DNA from: Azolla caroliniana | Taxonomy: Eukaryota > Plantae > Polypodiophyta | NCBI GenBank assembly: GCA_043228905.1 | Contig: JBHGNT010000095.1 | Span: forward strand, 1 to 64,000 | Direction: 5' to 3' | DNA length: 64,000 nt | Shown here: positions 1 through 13,600 of the stretch, piece by piece | Layout of the letters: the number at the start of each line of letters is the position of its first letter | How positions within the stretch are numbered: the stretch's first letter is position 1 | Notes under the pieces: generated by a model | What the model was told of the DNA's origin: nothing | Seen by the model: only the letters and a program-made list of their open reading frames with translations | Databases searched by the model: none | Position numbers and translations under genes: made by a program

Positions 1-482
1 AACAGTCTTCTAAACCAAGTATTGGCCCATGGAGAGAGAGAGAGAAAGAGAGAAAGAAAGATATATTAACGTCTTCTAATACCAAGATTGGCCCATAGAG
101 AGAGAGAGAGAGAGAAAGAGAGAAAGAAAGATATATTAACGTCTTCTAATACCAAGATTGGCCCATAGAGAGAGAGAGAGAGAGTGAGAGAGATGACACA
201 ATATATACAGAAAACATGAAAAACGTATTAACAAGGAAAATAACAACCAACTACTTACAAAGAAGAGGAGAATGTGCTTATATAGTCACCTTCTCTCTAT
301 GTTCTCTCACTACAACCACCTCTTGAGAAAGAGGTGGAGATTTAACTTCTTAGTAACTATGTGACATTGGACTTAACTTCTATGACACATTAGTTATGAT
401 ACAAAGTGGTGGGATTTGTTCACACTTGGCTATTCCTAAGGGAGTGTTCCCACACAAGGGAAGTTGAGTTCGATTCTCAACA
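1..482 (-). mobile_element. LTR fragment (starts TGTTGAGAATCGAAC on the minus strand) with (GA)n and 70-bp tandem units
   Basis: Terminus GGGAAGTTGAGTTCGATTCTCAACA at 482 resembles LTR termini at 28334 and 32100; runs off the window edge. Confidence 0.55.
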
Positions 483-762
483 CTTAACAATCCAACATTT
501 TGATTTTCCTTCATTGTATGTGTTCGGAAATGCATAATAAATTAGGAACCTTGTTTTCCAACTTCCTACTACCTAGTTGTGAGTGACACATTCATTCGAT
601 TTATGATCGAAGCATTGCATGGTTTATCCTTATTTTGAGTCTTCACGAGTATAACCTTTGCTTTTACAACTATTGACACTAAAATTACAATGTATGCAAA
701 TGTTTTATATTCACAACATTTAATCCATCTTCTGAATTTTATTGCATCATCTTTTAGAGAGA

Positions 763-764
<2 letters not shown>

Positions 765-800
<36 letters not shown>

Positions 801-812
801 GGGGGGGGGGGG
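765..812. repeat. Poly-G run abutting (GA)n
   Basis: About 47 G with one T; a similar G-run/(GA)n junction lies at 55748-55810. Confidence 0.85.
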
Positions 813-3800
813 TGTTCAACCTCCCATTTTCCATCTTTTACAAGTGTTGTTTGGACACACTACGTATTGGGGGTTCTGTGATATTAGTGGGGGTTGGAAA
901 ATATTTTTCCTAATGGTATGTACATTGCACGAACATGCACTAGGTTGAAAGGACATTTAATTTAGCAAATTTCACAACTGAGCTCTATCAACACCTTGAC
1001 CTCATAGGTGTCGCCTTTATGTGAAGTAGTCTTACAAACATCTTACAAAAAATTGCGTGCCATAAAGATGCTCACAATTGTGTAGGTCCAGCTATGGGTT
1101 TTAAATTGTCGTGTTGATTTAATACACATTTGTTAAGTTCTCTATGAGAGAAAGAGGGAGAGCCCAAATTGTTGTAGCTCATTTGATAAAGTTGTATGGC
1201 CGTGATCACATGGTCATGCATTCAACACCAACTTTCTATAGTGGCATGTCGGAACGAATTAAAAATAGTAAGATTTGAATTGGAGTGCATGGTTAATCAG
1301 TAAAAACTTTGTGAGAGAACGAAATTTTTGTGACATGCTTAAGAAGAACTTGACCTCAAGCTAACAAATTCATCATGGAAATAAATCCAATTAATTGCTC
1401 TTTTCTATTAAATGCACAAGTAGGCTTGAGAAAAAAACAAACCAATTAGTTTTTTTGTTCGTTTATCCCTTCGTCCCCCACCCCCTACACACATATAACC
1501 AATTAGTTTTTTGTTCATTTATCCCTTCGCCCCCCCTACACACACAATACTCCTTTGAAGCTCCTATCGTAGTCCACCATGAAAATGTTAATATTTGAGA
1601 AAGCTTCAACTTGTTACCTTTTCGTAAGCATTCCTGAATGATTGCACTATTTACCTTAATTGCAATGTCCTTGATAATTGATGCCCCACTTCATTGAAAA
1701 CGAAAGAGATGACTTAGACAAATATTTTGGAAAGTGGCAGTCCTTGTGTAGTTGCATTTATCGTTTCTATATGTTGACATACTCAAAAATTAATATAGGA
1801 GTATTCAACGGTACGACTATGCATGCATTACGACAATGTAGTAGTACCTACACACTTGACCAAAATAAATATTGTGGCCAATGGCAAATTTTCTTCTTCG
1901 CATGATACACTATGAATTTAACCAGTTTTAAGATTTGCGGTATAGCGTATTGAATAAGCTACAATTTGCACGCCCACATTATCTCGTGACGAGCAAAACA
2001 TATACTCTATTTAGAAGCCATAAGTCAAATGACAGGATTATGATCCCTTTAATCGCTTTGGCATGACAAGGTAAGCCAAGTCCTTGTTCAATGAGACGGC
2101 CAAGAATACAATACCTTCTATAGAGTAAAATTAAGAATACCAATGACGTTATCAACTGGAGATTGATGCATGTGAGAAACGCCCTAACACCTTATCAATG
2201 GCTTTTATTACCACGCACAAGCACATATAATTTTGGAGGGATATATAAGTTCTCTACATCGGTATAAAGCCAAATGTCGAGATGACATTCGAAACAACGC
2301 CACTCAAAAAACAAGTGGATGGGCCATCCAAAAGGAGCTTAGTGACATGATACTACATAGATAACAAGGTTTGATTTCCAAGATTGACAACTTTCACCGA
2401 TGATCCATATTATCGTTATTCGAGTGTATTAGGTACCCGATGATAAAAAAACAATGACACTAAAAAAAACTGGATGGACCATAAAAAAAGGAAGTTGGTG
2501 ATGTAATACTACATGTCATCAAAAAAATCTCAATAAAAAACATGCAAATGAACCAAAAAAAAAAACATTGTGACATAAAACAACATTTGATAATTAAGTT
2601 TGTCAACTTTCATGATTGATTTATATGATCTTATTTGAGTGCATTGGGTACACAATGGTCGAAAAACAATATATATGAAATAGACCTGAAGAGCATGTAT
2701 CCATATGAAGGGTTGATTTCTAAGGAGGGTAACATTTACATGTTTGTTTCCAATGCTAATTTGTATGTCATTTCTACATATTGAGACATTTCTATACATA
2801 TATCTATAGCTATCAATGCATATATTTTAGTAAGTGCCACAATATATTATGCTTGTCTCTAAAGAACTAACAAATCCCAGTTGTCTATGAAGAAGGCTTG
2901 GCACCCTACAACCTACAAAAGAAATGTCGGTATAACTCCTTTTACTTTAACAATTTCATAATTTCATAAATTGGTACATTTTGGGTTTAGCTTCTCTTTT
3001 GAGTGTTCCCTAATAGCCTGGATTCAAAGGTTGACTTGCCTTAGTATGTACACCTAAGGAGGGTTCCTCGAGAGATGTAAAAAAATCACAGTTAAGGTAC
3101 AATATAACGCCAACAATTTTCTAGCTACTAGTGGGACTCATTTAAATAACGGAGACTTTTTGTGTACAAGCAAAATGACATTCGACTATCGGGTGAAGGA
3201 TACTTAACACCTGGACAATGTTCATTGTTGGGTGGATAAATATTTCGTAGAGAGTCTCGTTATAAAAGTGGACTTACGTTATACACCCGTTTCATCGTAA
3301 CTTATTGGTGGTGGTTCAATGGTGAGAGATTTGTAACCAAGACTTCTCATAAATACTAAGTGTGTGTTGCTTTTGGGGAAATGAGGCAAGAGCAAAGAGA
3401 GGAGGATATTAAGTCGAAGTATGGACCTTTATTTATGAGAAACATGGTGATGGTAGTTGAGGCATTGAAAGGAAGTAGAGGGGACCACATTTCTCAAGCA
3501 TGTGGCATGTTTGAAGTTGTAATATTGGATGAACTTGGGGATGAAATGGAGATAAACAAAAATATGCACGCTTGATGATGGTCCATCCAATATGTACACA
3601 CATAGGTAAAAGCACGTCGTCCACAAATAACACATACATAATAAACACAATGTACTCATAATCCATGCATGCACCCGTATGTAAGGTAATGCATGTCATA
3701 TTGTACCCACATAGGATTATAACTAGTCATAGGTAAAGTAATGCACACAATCTTGTACCCACCTATGGGTTTAATACATGCAATTACAAACTATCCCTGA

Positions 3801-4299
3801 ATGCCACAAATTAAGGTTGGCGCTCTAACTACTCAATCGCATACACATCCTGCATAGACATTCGTATACACACATAGATAGGTTTGCACATAGACATACA
3901 CACAAACGGAGAAGACAAAAAACAAAAACATTCATGCATACGTATGAGACTATATAAGGACCATCCAAAGATGTATGACTTACAAGCAAGGCATACCACA
4001 ACCTATATACATACTTGGGTCTAAACAAGAAGGGATAACAAAACTTAGATTCAATCAATTTCATCCAAGTATGGGTGTAAAGAGACAACACGGGCTCTCG
4101 TTCTCCCTTTAACGGTCACAACAAGCAAGGGTGGTAGTGCAAACCTTGGCGGGTTTGTCTCTCATACCATTGACTTACACAAAACAAGTATGTAGGGCCT
4201 ACGATTGCATTCATTAGATTACCGAAGCCTGAATCAAATCAAGAGCACGTGCATTCATGCATTGTAGCTTTTCATATCTTATTATGAACATGCAGATAC

Positions 4300-4487
4300 A
4301 GATACACATACACACACAGACTTCATATCTTATTACAAGCATGCATACAGATACATATACGCATACACACACACATACACATACACATACACATACACAT
4401 ACATATACGCATACACACACACATACACACATACACACACATACACACACATACACACACATACACATACACATACACATACACATT
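4300..4487. repeat. (CA)n/(CATACA)n microsatellite
   Basis: Seen directly. Confidence 0.9.
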
Positions 4488-5337
4488 GTAAACCAACGTG
4501 CCTTGGAACACAACTCTCGTTTTCAAGGATGCGATTGGAAGTGAGGAATGAGAATTAAAAAGATGGAAAGAATGATAAAAATGAAGAGAGAAGTGTGAGT
4601 GAGTGAGTGGGGGAAAGAGAGGGGGTCGGGAGGGAAGCGGGGAGATCTCCCAAAATAAATAAAAAAGAAAAAGAAAAAGAAAAAGAAAAAGAAAAAAGGA
4701 ATAGAAAAAGATTAAAAATAAAGGGAATAAAAAGCCGCTCAAAAAACAAATAAAATACCAAAAGGCGAATATGTAATGTAATATATGCGTGTTTAGAAAT
4801 AAATAATAATACGAATAATAATGATGGATTGAAGGTCAATATGATAGATAATATCTATTTATGACGTCACACACGCACAGGCACCTGCGAGACAGAGAGA
4901 GAGTAGATGAAGGGAGGGACCCGGAGAGGGGGGGGGGCATTTTCGTAAATAAAGAAAACCAGCCTCCCCTTCTTCTTCTCTTCTCTCTCGTCTTTGCTTT
5001 GCTTTGCTTCACGGTTTCTGCGCTACCTTCATTTCTGTGTCTGTGTCTGTCTATGATTTAACACAAAATGAGGAAGTAAAGGAAGGAAAATGAACAGTGT
5101 CTATCAGTCGGGGTTTTGATTCAAAATCATACAACACCACCACACCACACGCAGAGACATGGCAAAGAAAGTGCAGAGTCTTTAAGCTTCAGACCTTCCC
5201 TTCCTTCCTCTCTTTTCTCCTCTCTATATTTTGCCAAAAAGAAGCTCCCAATAACTCTCCTGTCTTTTCCATTCCATTCCATTCCATTCCATTCCTTCTT
5301 CTTCTTCTTCCTCCTCCTCCTCATCGAAGAACAGAAC

Positions 5338-7555
5338 ATGGAGGAAGATCCAGAGGAAGCTTCTAATAATAGTAGTACTAATGCTAATAATAACAGTAAT
5401 GTAGTAGTAGCCATGGCCGCCGCACAGGCCCCTCCCAATACTGCTGCTAGCCGCATTAGAAGCTTGTCGTTATCAGGCCCACCTGCTGATCCTTCTGCTT
5501 ATAACAGACACAACATTCATAACCACAACGTTAGCAGCAGAGGCAGTGTTACAATAGACCTTCCATTAATCACACCTTCTTCTAATCCTTCCGCCATCGC
5601 CATCGCTACTCACCCAACCACAACCCCTTCCCCTTCCCCTTCCTCTTCCTCTACCTCTACCACTTCTTCTGATACTAATCTTCATAACCATTCCAACAAC
5701 ACTAGCTCCTCCATCGCCTCGCATCCTGACACCACTGCTCCTCTCAGCTCCATCACAAACGCTGTGCCGAGCAACAATGGCGATGGCACAGATAAAGCCG
5801 CGAGGCTGATTCCGAAGGCAGGCAGGCCGGTTGTGGCATACCATCGTCTGTTCGCGTATGCAGATCCTTTGGATTACCTGCTCATGGTGGTGGGAGGGTT
5901 GGCTGGGATCACCCATGGTGCTGCTCTCCCTGTCTTCTTCATCTTCCTCGGAAAGCTCATCGATAGCCTGGGAGCCCTCACCCTTGATCCCACGCGTGCT
6001 CCTCATGAGGTCAATAAGGTAATACACACACGCACATTTTTTGCCAGGACCATCTCAGAAAGATTATGTGATCCTGAACCATTGCTTCCATGGCTAATCC
6101 TACATTTGTCATTCAAATCTTTCTGTCACAGTATGCGCTCTACTTCATCTATCTCAGCCTCGTGCGCTTCCTGTCGGGATGGATCGGTAAGGGATCGAAA
6201 TCGAATTCACATGCCGAAATCTTTAATCCGGGAGATCACCAAATATGTTTCGATCGAATGCTATACTAGTAACCTAAAAAGAAAATATGTTTCGAATCTT
6301 TAATCCGGGAGATCACCAAATATGTTTCGATTGAATGCTATACTTAATAACCTAAAAAGAAAAGATTAATCACTGATGGCTTAGGTTTCTTAAATTTGTT
6401 TTTTCTTTTCAAAATTATACTGTAGCATTGGATGTGTAATTTGAATCAATGTGAATTGTGATGCGATCAACACAAATTATGACAACATGTTTGGGTGTAA
6501 TTGATTTCCTGTGAATCAGAGGTGTGCATGTGGATGTATACGGGGGATCGGCAATCGGCACGCATCCGTGCCATGTATGTGAAAGCTCTCATCACGCAGG
6601 ATGTCGGGTTCTTTGACACAGATGTCTCGACTGGCGAGGTCGTGATGGGGATCTCGAGCGACACTTCTCTCATCCAAGATGCTATCGGAGCTAAGGTATG
6701 GACTGGGGGTGGGGTGGAGAGATTCTACATTATTATGTTTCTCTTAATCAGGCTATCTACTACTATCGCTAATCCATCGAAATTAATATTAAATGGGAGG
6801 AGCAACAAATGATTATGGCTTCCCAGAGATTAAATCGCACCAGAGCCAATAATCACCTCTTAATTTAGAGGAGGTTCATAAGAAGGGTCATTAGTAAGCC
6901 CACAAATCATGATGAGTTAATTAATCAATCTCTAGATTCTCTCTCTCTCTCTCTCTTACACACTCTCACTCTGGAAACAACATAGAAAGAGAGAGTTGGG
7001 TTGGGTACGATTCCCATGAAGGAAATGAAATGGAGATATCATGACTCACGTGAGTGAGGGCTTGGAGTGCTTGGAAGGCCTCTCTTGATTGTGACCCAAT
7101 GCAATTCTTTTTATTTGTTTATTTGAGTACATCATTAAATGAGCATGACTCGGGACTGGGAGGGGGTGATAGTGATAGTGATAATGATGATAATAATCTA
7201 ATGTGAATACATAATGCGAATGTTCTTTGATCCCGACCGATTGTTTCGTGTGTTTTGTATAGACTGGGAATTTGATGCATTATTTCGCGCAATTCATCGC
7301 GGGGTTCGTGGTCGCGTTTTCGGACCTCTGGCAGCTCACGCTCCTCACTCTCGCCATTATGCCCATCATCGTGGCCAGTGGTGCCGTCTACGGATACATC
7401 ATGGTTGGCCTCTCGAGCAAAAGCCAACAAGCTTACATGCGGGCTGGCGAGATTGCCCATGAGGTATGGTGCTTTTATATGCACACACACTTCACTTGAA
7501 ATGGATTTGATTTCACACTTGTATGTATGTATGTATGTATGTATGTATGTATGTA

Positions 7556-7588
<33 letters not shown>

Positions 7589-7615
7589 ATGTATGTGTGT
7601 GTGTGTATGTATGTA

Positions 7616-7650
<35 letters not shown>

Positions 7651-10600
7651 ATGTATGTATGTATGTATGTATGTATGTATGTGTGTGTGTGTGTGTGTGT
7701 GTGTGCCTGTCTGTAGACCCTATAGTTCTGCATATCTAAGTCATTGAATGTGTGCATTTATGGCTCCAACATTTACTGGTTGAAAGGAGGAGAAATGGAT
7801 GTGTGGATGGATATCTGACAACACTAATTTGTTGCCATAGCACCCAATTGCATGCCAAAGAAGAAAAAGAAAGAGAAAGAAGAATAGAAGGAGAAAAAGA
7901 AGAAGAAGGATAAAAGACCAAAAAGTAAAAAAATGTATGCAAAAGAAATGTGCATTAAGTGAGTGCATTAAGTAAGAGAGAGAGAGAGAGAGAGAGTGGT
8001 GATGGAGTCACTTTTTTGTTCTTCTTCTTTATTATGTACAAGTTTCCTTTTCATACTTACAAGTTACTACCATAGGCCCCCTAATGAGTGGGAGAGGAGG
8101 GGGGTGGGTTCCATGAACCTACATAGTGCTCAAAGTACCAAAAACATCACTTTTGTTTTGTCGTAAATTAGAGCACGTCCTTCCTCTGTAGAAGGCCATG
8201 CTTGGTACAAACAATGTTGGTCCTCATCGAATTCCATACCCTTATATAGCTTTTGCCTAAATGCTGGTTTTGAAAACTTCGATGTCCCCCATTGGTAAGA
8301 CTTCCTTTTAGAGGATCACGTCCGAATACTCTTAATCCGTGCACGTTAAAATTTGCAATAAAAGAAGGAAAAAAACAATCATGCAATAAAGTGTGGTTTT
8401 GAAGCCACGATCACAAGAAATATTTCTCGAAACAAATGTGTAAGTAGTTATGATCCCCTCTCGGAAACGGTTCCTTTTATAAAAGAGAAAAGACAACCAT
8501 GACTTTTCGTGTAATTTTGTACTTTGTATAGATTTGAGAGCACGTTTTTTGAGTTGAGAAACCTAAACCCTAAACACCCTAATCCTAAACACTCAAAATC
8601 CTATATCATAAAACCCTAAAACCTAGGGATGAGCACAAGGAAACCCAAGAAATGAATTTATCCCCCATAATTATGGTAATCCGGTGTCTCCCCCCCTCTC
8701 CCCCCCCCCATTTCCTTACAATTTCCCCGAATGATTCATTAATATGTGAAAAAAATTCACATCATCGGCTCATATTTGCTAACGTCCCCCCGCTTCCGCT
8801 CCCCGTGTGTGTGTGGGTTTTCCGGGGGTAATTTATTGCAGGTGATCACGCAGGTGAAGACGGTGCAGGCGTTTGTGGGGGAGGAGGCGGCGAGCAAGGC
8901 GTACGCGGGGGCGCTCCACGAGACGAGGAGCATGGGGCGGCGCGGGGGGCTGGCCAAGGGCCTCGGCATCGGAGTGCTCTACGGGATTGGCTTCGGTTGC
9001 TTCTCGCTCCTCCTCTGGTACGCCGGCCGCCTCGTGAGGAGCCGCGAGGCCAGCGGGGGCCTCGCCTTCACCACCATCCTCAATGTGGTTGCCAGCTGCT
9101 TGTAAGACCCCAAAAAAAGTCACCTCCTCCTCTTCTTCTTCTTCTTCTTCTTCATATGCATTTTCTCTTGTCTTGTCTTGTCTTGTCTGTGTCCTGCCTG
9201 CCTATTCAAGTAAAATGAAAATAAAAGTGGAAATAAATAATTTAATTATTATTTTTTGATTTAATTTAATAGTTTAATAAATAAATTAAACTAGAGAAAT
9301 CCCATTACGTCCTGCGATCTTTTTTTATTATTTTTGTTTTTTTTATTATAAAAAAAACAGTTTTTTTTTCTGTGTTCATCGTGCGCGAAATAACGAACGA
9401 AGAATAAACAACGAAAAAAAAGGAAAGTCATCTTCGCTGGATTGGTCAAATATTGAACTGAAAAAGCGTGCGTATCTTTTTGTTTTATTTTTTCTGCGTT
9501 TAGTTTTTTCCCGCCTTTTTGTTTTTCTCTCTTTGAGGGAGTATCAGGAAAAGTCAGCGCCATTTCCTATTTTCTGTCCACGTGGCAAGTTTCGCGGGCC
9601 CCAAAGGAGCCCTTCCTCTTCAATTTTTGGCGGGAAAGCCGGTCTTATCTGTTCTTTCATCCTTTGGACGCAGAATTTTTATTGTATTTATTTTTAAAAA
9701 CTCCCTTTTCGATGGGGAAAGCATTTCTTTGCCATTACAATCGATGTCTTTGTTAGCACTATCATTATTATTAATCTTTGTGGAATCCCATTATGTCTCC
9801 ATTCGGAACGAAAGGAAGCACACCTCGCCCACCGGGAAGAGCCTTTTGTTTTGCTATATGTGGTGTGAAATGGGTTTTGTCGGGATCGGACACCTCGCTC
9901 CTTTCTCATGCGCTTTTTTGCATGGCACAGACATTGGAAACTTGCCTTTTAATTCGAGCCGATGTTTGAATGCATTGTTTAGTCCATGTGTATGTGAGGC
10001 CGAGATCAAACTATATAGCCCAAGATGCATTCTAAAATTATTATACACTCAGGAAATAGATCACTTCATGCTCGAACTTAGTGAATGATGATTCTCGCTT
10101 TATTCTTCAGTGAGCCAGATTAGTGTCCAAACTATAAACATGTGGTAAGCCTTCTTGTTAGGGAATGTATACGTCACCACCGGGATATCAAAAGAGATAG
10201 TAAGTACCTTATTTGAGGGAAAGGTGCTTGAGACTCTATAGCCTAGGTGTAGAACCACATAAAATGCGACATCACCCACAAGAAATCCGAGGTGTATGCG
10301 AAGTTCACCCTAGTTGGGTGCAACACTTTGTTTGCTCGAAACAACTGTACTCGTCCCAATAGAACCTTGCAACCATTTGAAATTTAGCCCCATACAATGT
10401 AACATAGCCAGAACTCATCAGTGATCCTTGTCATTCCAACTTGTTGCCTCTAGCTTTTAAGAAAGGAAGTCTAGGTAGGCTGTTCTCAGGCTAATGGTTA
10501 GAATTCCTGCCTTGTATGCCCACAAATTAACTCTTGGCATGGTTTTCATAAAAGCGCATCATATGAGAAACAAAGAATGCAGACCCTGGAGCATTAGGAA

Positions 10601-13600
10601 AACTTCTTGCAAACTGAAAGGTGACTTTTCTCGATTGTCTTATTTAAATGTGATATCTTACTTAGGTCACTTCTAATGCAAACTCTTCCCTTAGGAAGGT
10701 CATGAAAAAGACATCTAACTGGATCGTTTTCACTCTTTTTCCTCACACATTTTGCTTATGCTAACAACAAAAGCATATTGCTAGATCTTCAAGACTCTTT
10801 TTTTCTCAATAATGCCCCAAGGACATGTAACTAGATTTTTAAGACTCGTGCTCCTAGCACACTTTGTTCACTATAACAACAAACAAAAGTGAATTGCACG
10901 TTACATTTGTGAACCTTTAACAATTTTATCTTAGGATAATCAAAATGCTCAAAATTAGTTGATTGACACATCTTTATGTGATTCCTTTGCTTCTTTGCAA
11001 ATTTTTTGAAAAATGTAACGGTTATAATTCAAAATTTATGGGTTTACTATGTGTTGAATGTGTTTGTAGAGATTCCACTGTATCCTTCTGTGTGTCATGA
11101 AATGTACAAAAATCCCAAGTGTCCAACTCATGTGATAGAATTGCAGTTTTCATGGTGGTTCAAATCAAATTAAACTATAGAAATTGGAAGTGATTGGGTT
11201 GTTTACATTGATGTTGATGTTGATATAGGGCTCTTGGGCAAGCTGCGCCAGACATGGCAACCATTAGTCGTGCTCGTGTGTCGGGCTACACGGTGTTTGA
11301 GATGATCCGGCGTAAGCCATTGATCGCACGTAACAAGCAGGATGGTGTGAAGCTTGAGAAGATCAAGGGGGAGATTGAGCTTCGTAATGTCGTCTTCAGT
11401 TATCCATCCCGGTGCGACATCAAGGTATTCAACAACTTCTCTCTCTCCATACCTGCTGGCAAGGTGGTCGCGATCGTGGGAAGTAGCGGGTCTGGCAAGA
11501 GCACAGTCATTTCCCTCATCGAGAGGTTCTATGATCCCACCTCGGGTATTAAGAATATTTACCATCTTTCTCCATCGTCATAATGCTCTCTTTAAAGTTA
11601 TCATTGAGTCCTCTGCATTCATTAATGCTTCATCCCATCATGTTATTAATACCTTCATTCGTTCGTTCGTTCTATTCATTTAATATACTACCCATCATGT
11701 GAGTAAAACAATTCTCACTCTACATCAGTGTGTTAATACATTCTCTCTTCATTTGTTGCACCACCATTATCATCATCATCATTGTCATCATGTTGTTTGA
11801 AGACATTCTCTCTTCATTGTTGGCTTTATCAACATGTTATTCACGTACATTGCTTTCTCTTTCTCTTGTAGGTGAAGTCTTGCTTGATGGGCACAACATC
11901 AAGAGCATGGAGCTCAAGTGGCTGCGAGAGCAAATGGGGCTTGTGAATCAGGAGCCCTCACTCTTTGCAACCACAGTTGCTGAAAACATTCGGTATGGGA
12001 AGCTGGGAGGTGCCTCGATGGACGAAGTCATCAAGGCGGCCAAGATTTCTTGTGCCCACGACTTCATTGACGTGCTCCCTAAACGCTATGAAACTCAAGT
12101 AAGATTTTTGACCGACAAGAATTGCATAAATAAGGATAACATAGAAGAACTAGTGGTCATATGTATATAGCTCATCGACTTGTGATTGTGTAAATTATGT
12201 AATGCATTTTGATATATAATGTAGGTAGGGGAAAGAGGGGCCCAATTGTCTGGTGGTCAGAAGCAGAGGATTGCGATTGCCCGAGCAATGTTGAAGAACC
12301 CATCGATACTTTTGCTGGATGAGGCAACGAGTGCATTGGATTCAGAGTCTGAGAAAAGTGTGCAAGATGCTCTGGACAAGGTCATGCTCGGACGGACAAC
12401 AGTCGTTGTTGCCCATCGGCTCTCAACTGTCCAAAATGCTGACATGATTGCATTTGTACATGATGGGCGTGTCCTGGAGGTTGGCTCGCATAATGAGCTC
12501 TTGGAAAAGGGCGGTTCTTATGCAGCCCTCGTGAAAATGCAACAAGATGCTCCACCACGACCCCAAGACACGGGAAACATCATTCGACGCGATAGCAGGC
12601 AAGCCCAAAATCCACAAACCCTTGAACTGTATAGGGCCTTGACTCTTACTTTGCATGATCTCTATAAATGTTTTTAGAACGTTTGGATACCTTGCTAGAC
12701 TCCTGACATGTCTGGCGGTATTTTGGCGTGTGGCTTTAAAACCCACAATATTCTATGTAACCACCATGTGTTAGTGGGCCTATGTCTTTCCTATTTGTTG
12801 ACCCCATTGAAAAATTATGGCATATATTCTCACAACCTAAGTTTTTTTTCACTATATTTAAGGAATTTAGAATCTTGTATGGTGCAGGAATTCTCGAGGT
12901 TCCTTTAGCGGGTCGGTCTCTCAGAGGACATTTAGCTTTCGATCGACGGCTGACACTACACCGGGAATGGGGCTCAAGATGAATGAGTTCGTAGATGTGG
13001 ATGACCTCGTCGGCCCCAGGCCATCGTTAAAAAGGTTGCTAAAGATGAATGCTCGCGAATGGCCCTATGGGCTTCTTAGTGCGATCGGTGCCATTGCCGC
13101 GGGGGCTTCTACCCCTCTTTTTGGGTTGGTCATCACTCAAGCCCTCGTGTACTTCAATTTCCCCAATGACGAATACATGAAGAGAGGGCTCACCAAAGTT
13201 TCTGTTCTTTGTTGCGTGCTTGGGGCGATGGCGATTTTTGCATACACTTTGGAGTTCTACTTTTCGGGAATTGCCGGAGAAAATGTGACTATGCGAATCC
13301 GGAAGCTTATGTTCTCAGGTTTAGCATCTTTCCCTCCCCTATGCTCATGCAAAATTTTAAGGAATCAATAAAGCCACATGAATGGACATTGTCTGTCCTT
13401 TTATTTGTGTCACATTTATTTATGCCAATCTGTTTTCAATCAAAATGAACATACACATACATAACTACTTAAGACATGCATGAAATCTTAGATCTAATAA
13501 TCTTGAATATTGTGGATTGCAGCCATACTTCGAAATGAGGTGAGTTGGTTCGATCAAAACAATAGCACACTTCTGTCTTCCCGGCTAGCAACCGATGCAT

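Noticed and set aside
1-170. Repeat-spacer pattern resembling a CRISPR array
   Set aside because: The spacers are (GA)n microsatellite, the context is eukaryotic, and there are no cas genes.
765-812. Poly-G as a functional G-quadruplex element
   Set aside because: Homopolymer length is unreliable in assemblies and there is no functional context.
4214-4839. His/Thr- and Cys/Val-rich ORFs (also 7119-7757, 690-948, 57686-57910)
   Set aside because: Translations of microsatellites and homopolymer runs.
4862-4869. TGACGTCA bZIP site upstream of ABCB and telo-box near 20898
   Set aside because: Single short motifs are expected by chance and no conservation data are available.
5116-5337. Extra N-terminal 74 aa in the ORF track for ABCB
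   Set aside because: Starts at a non-ATG codon and runs through CT-rich 5' UTR-like repeats; the first ATG in frame is 5338.
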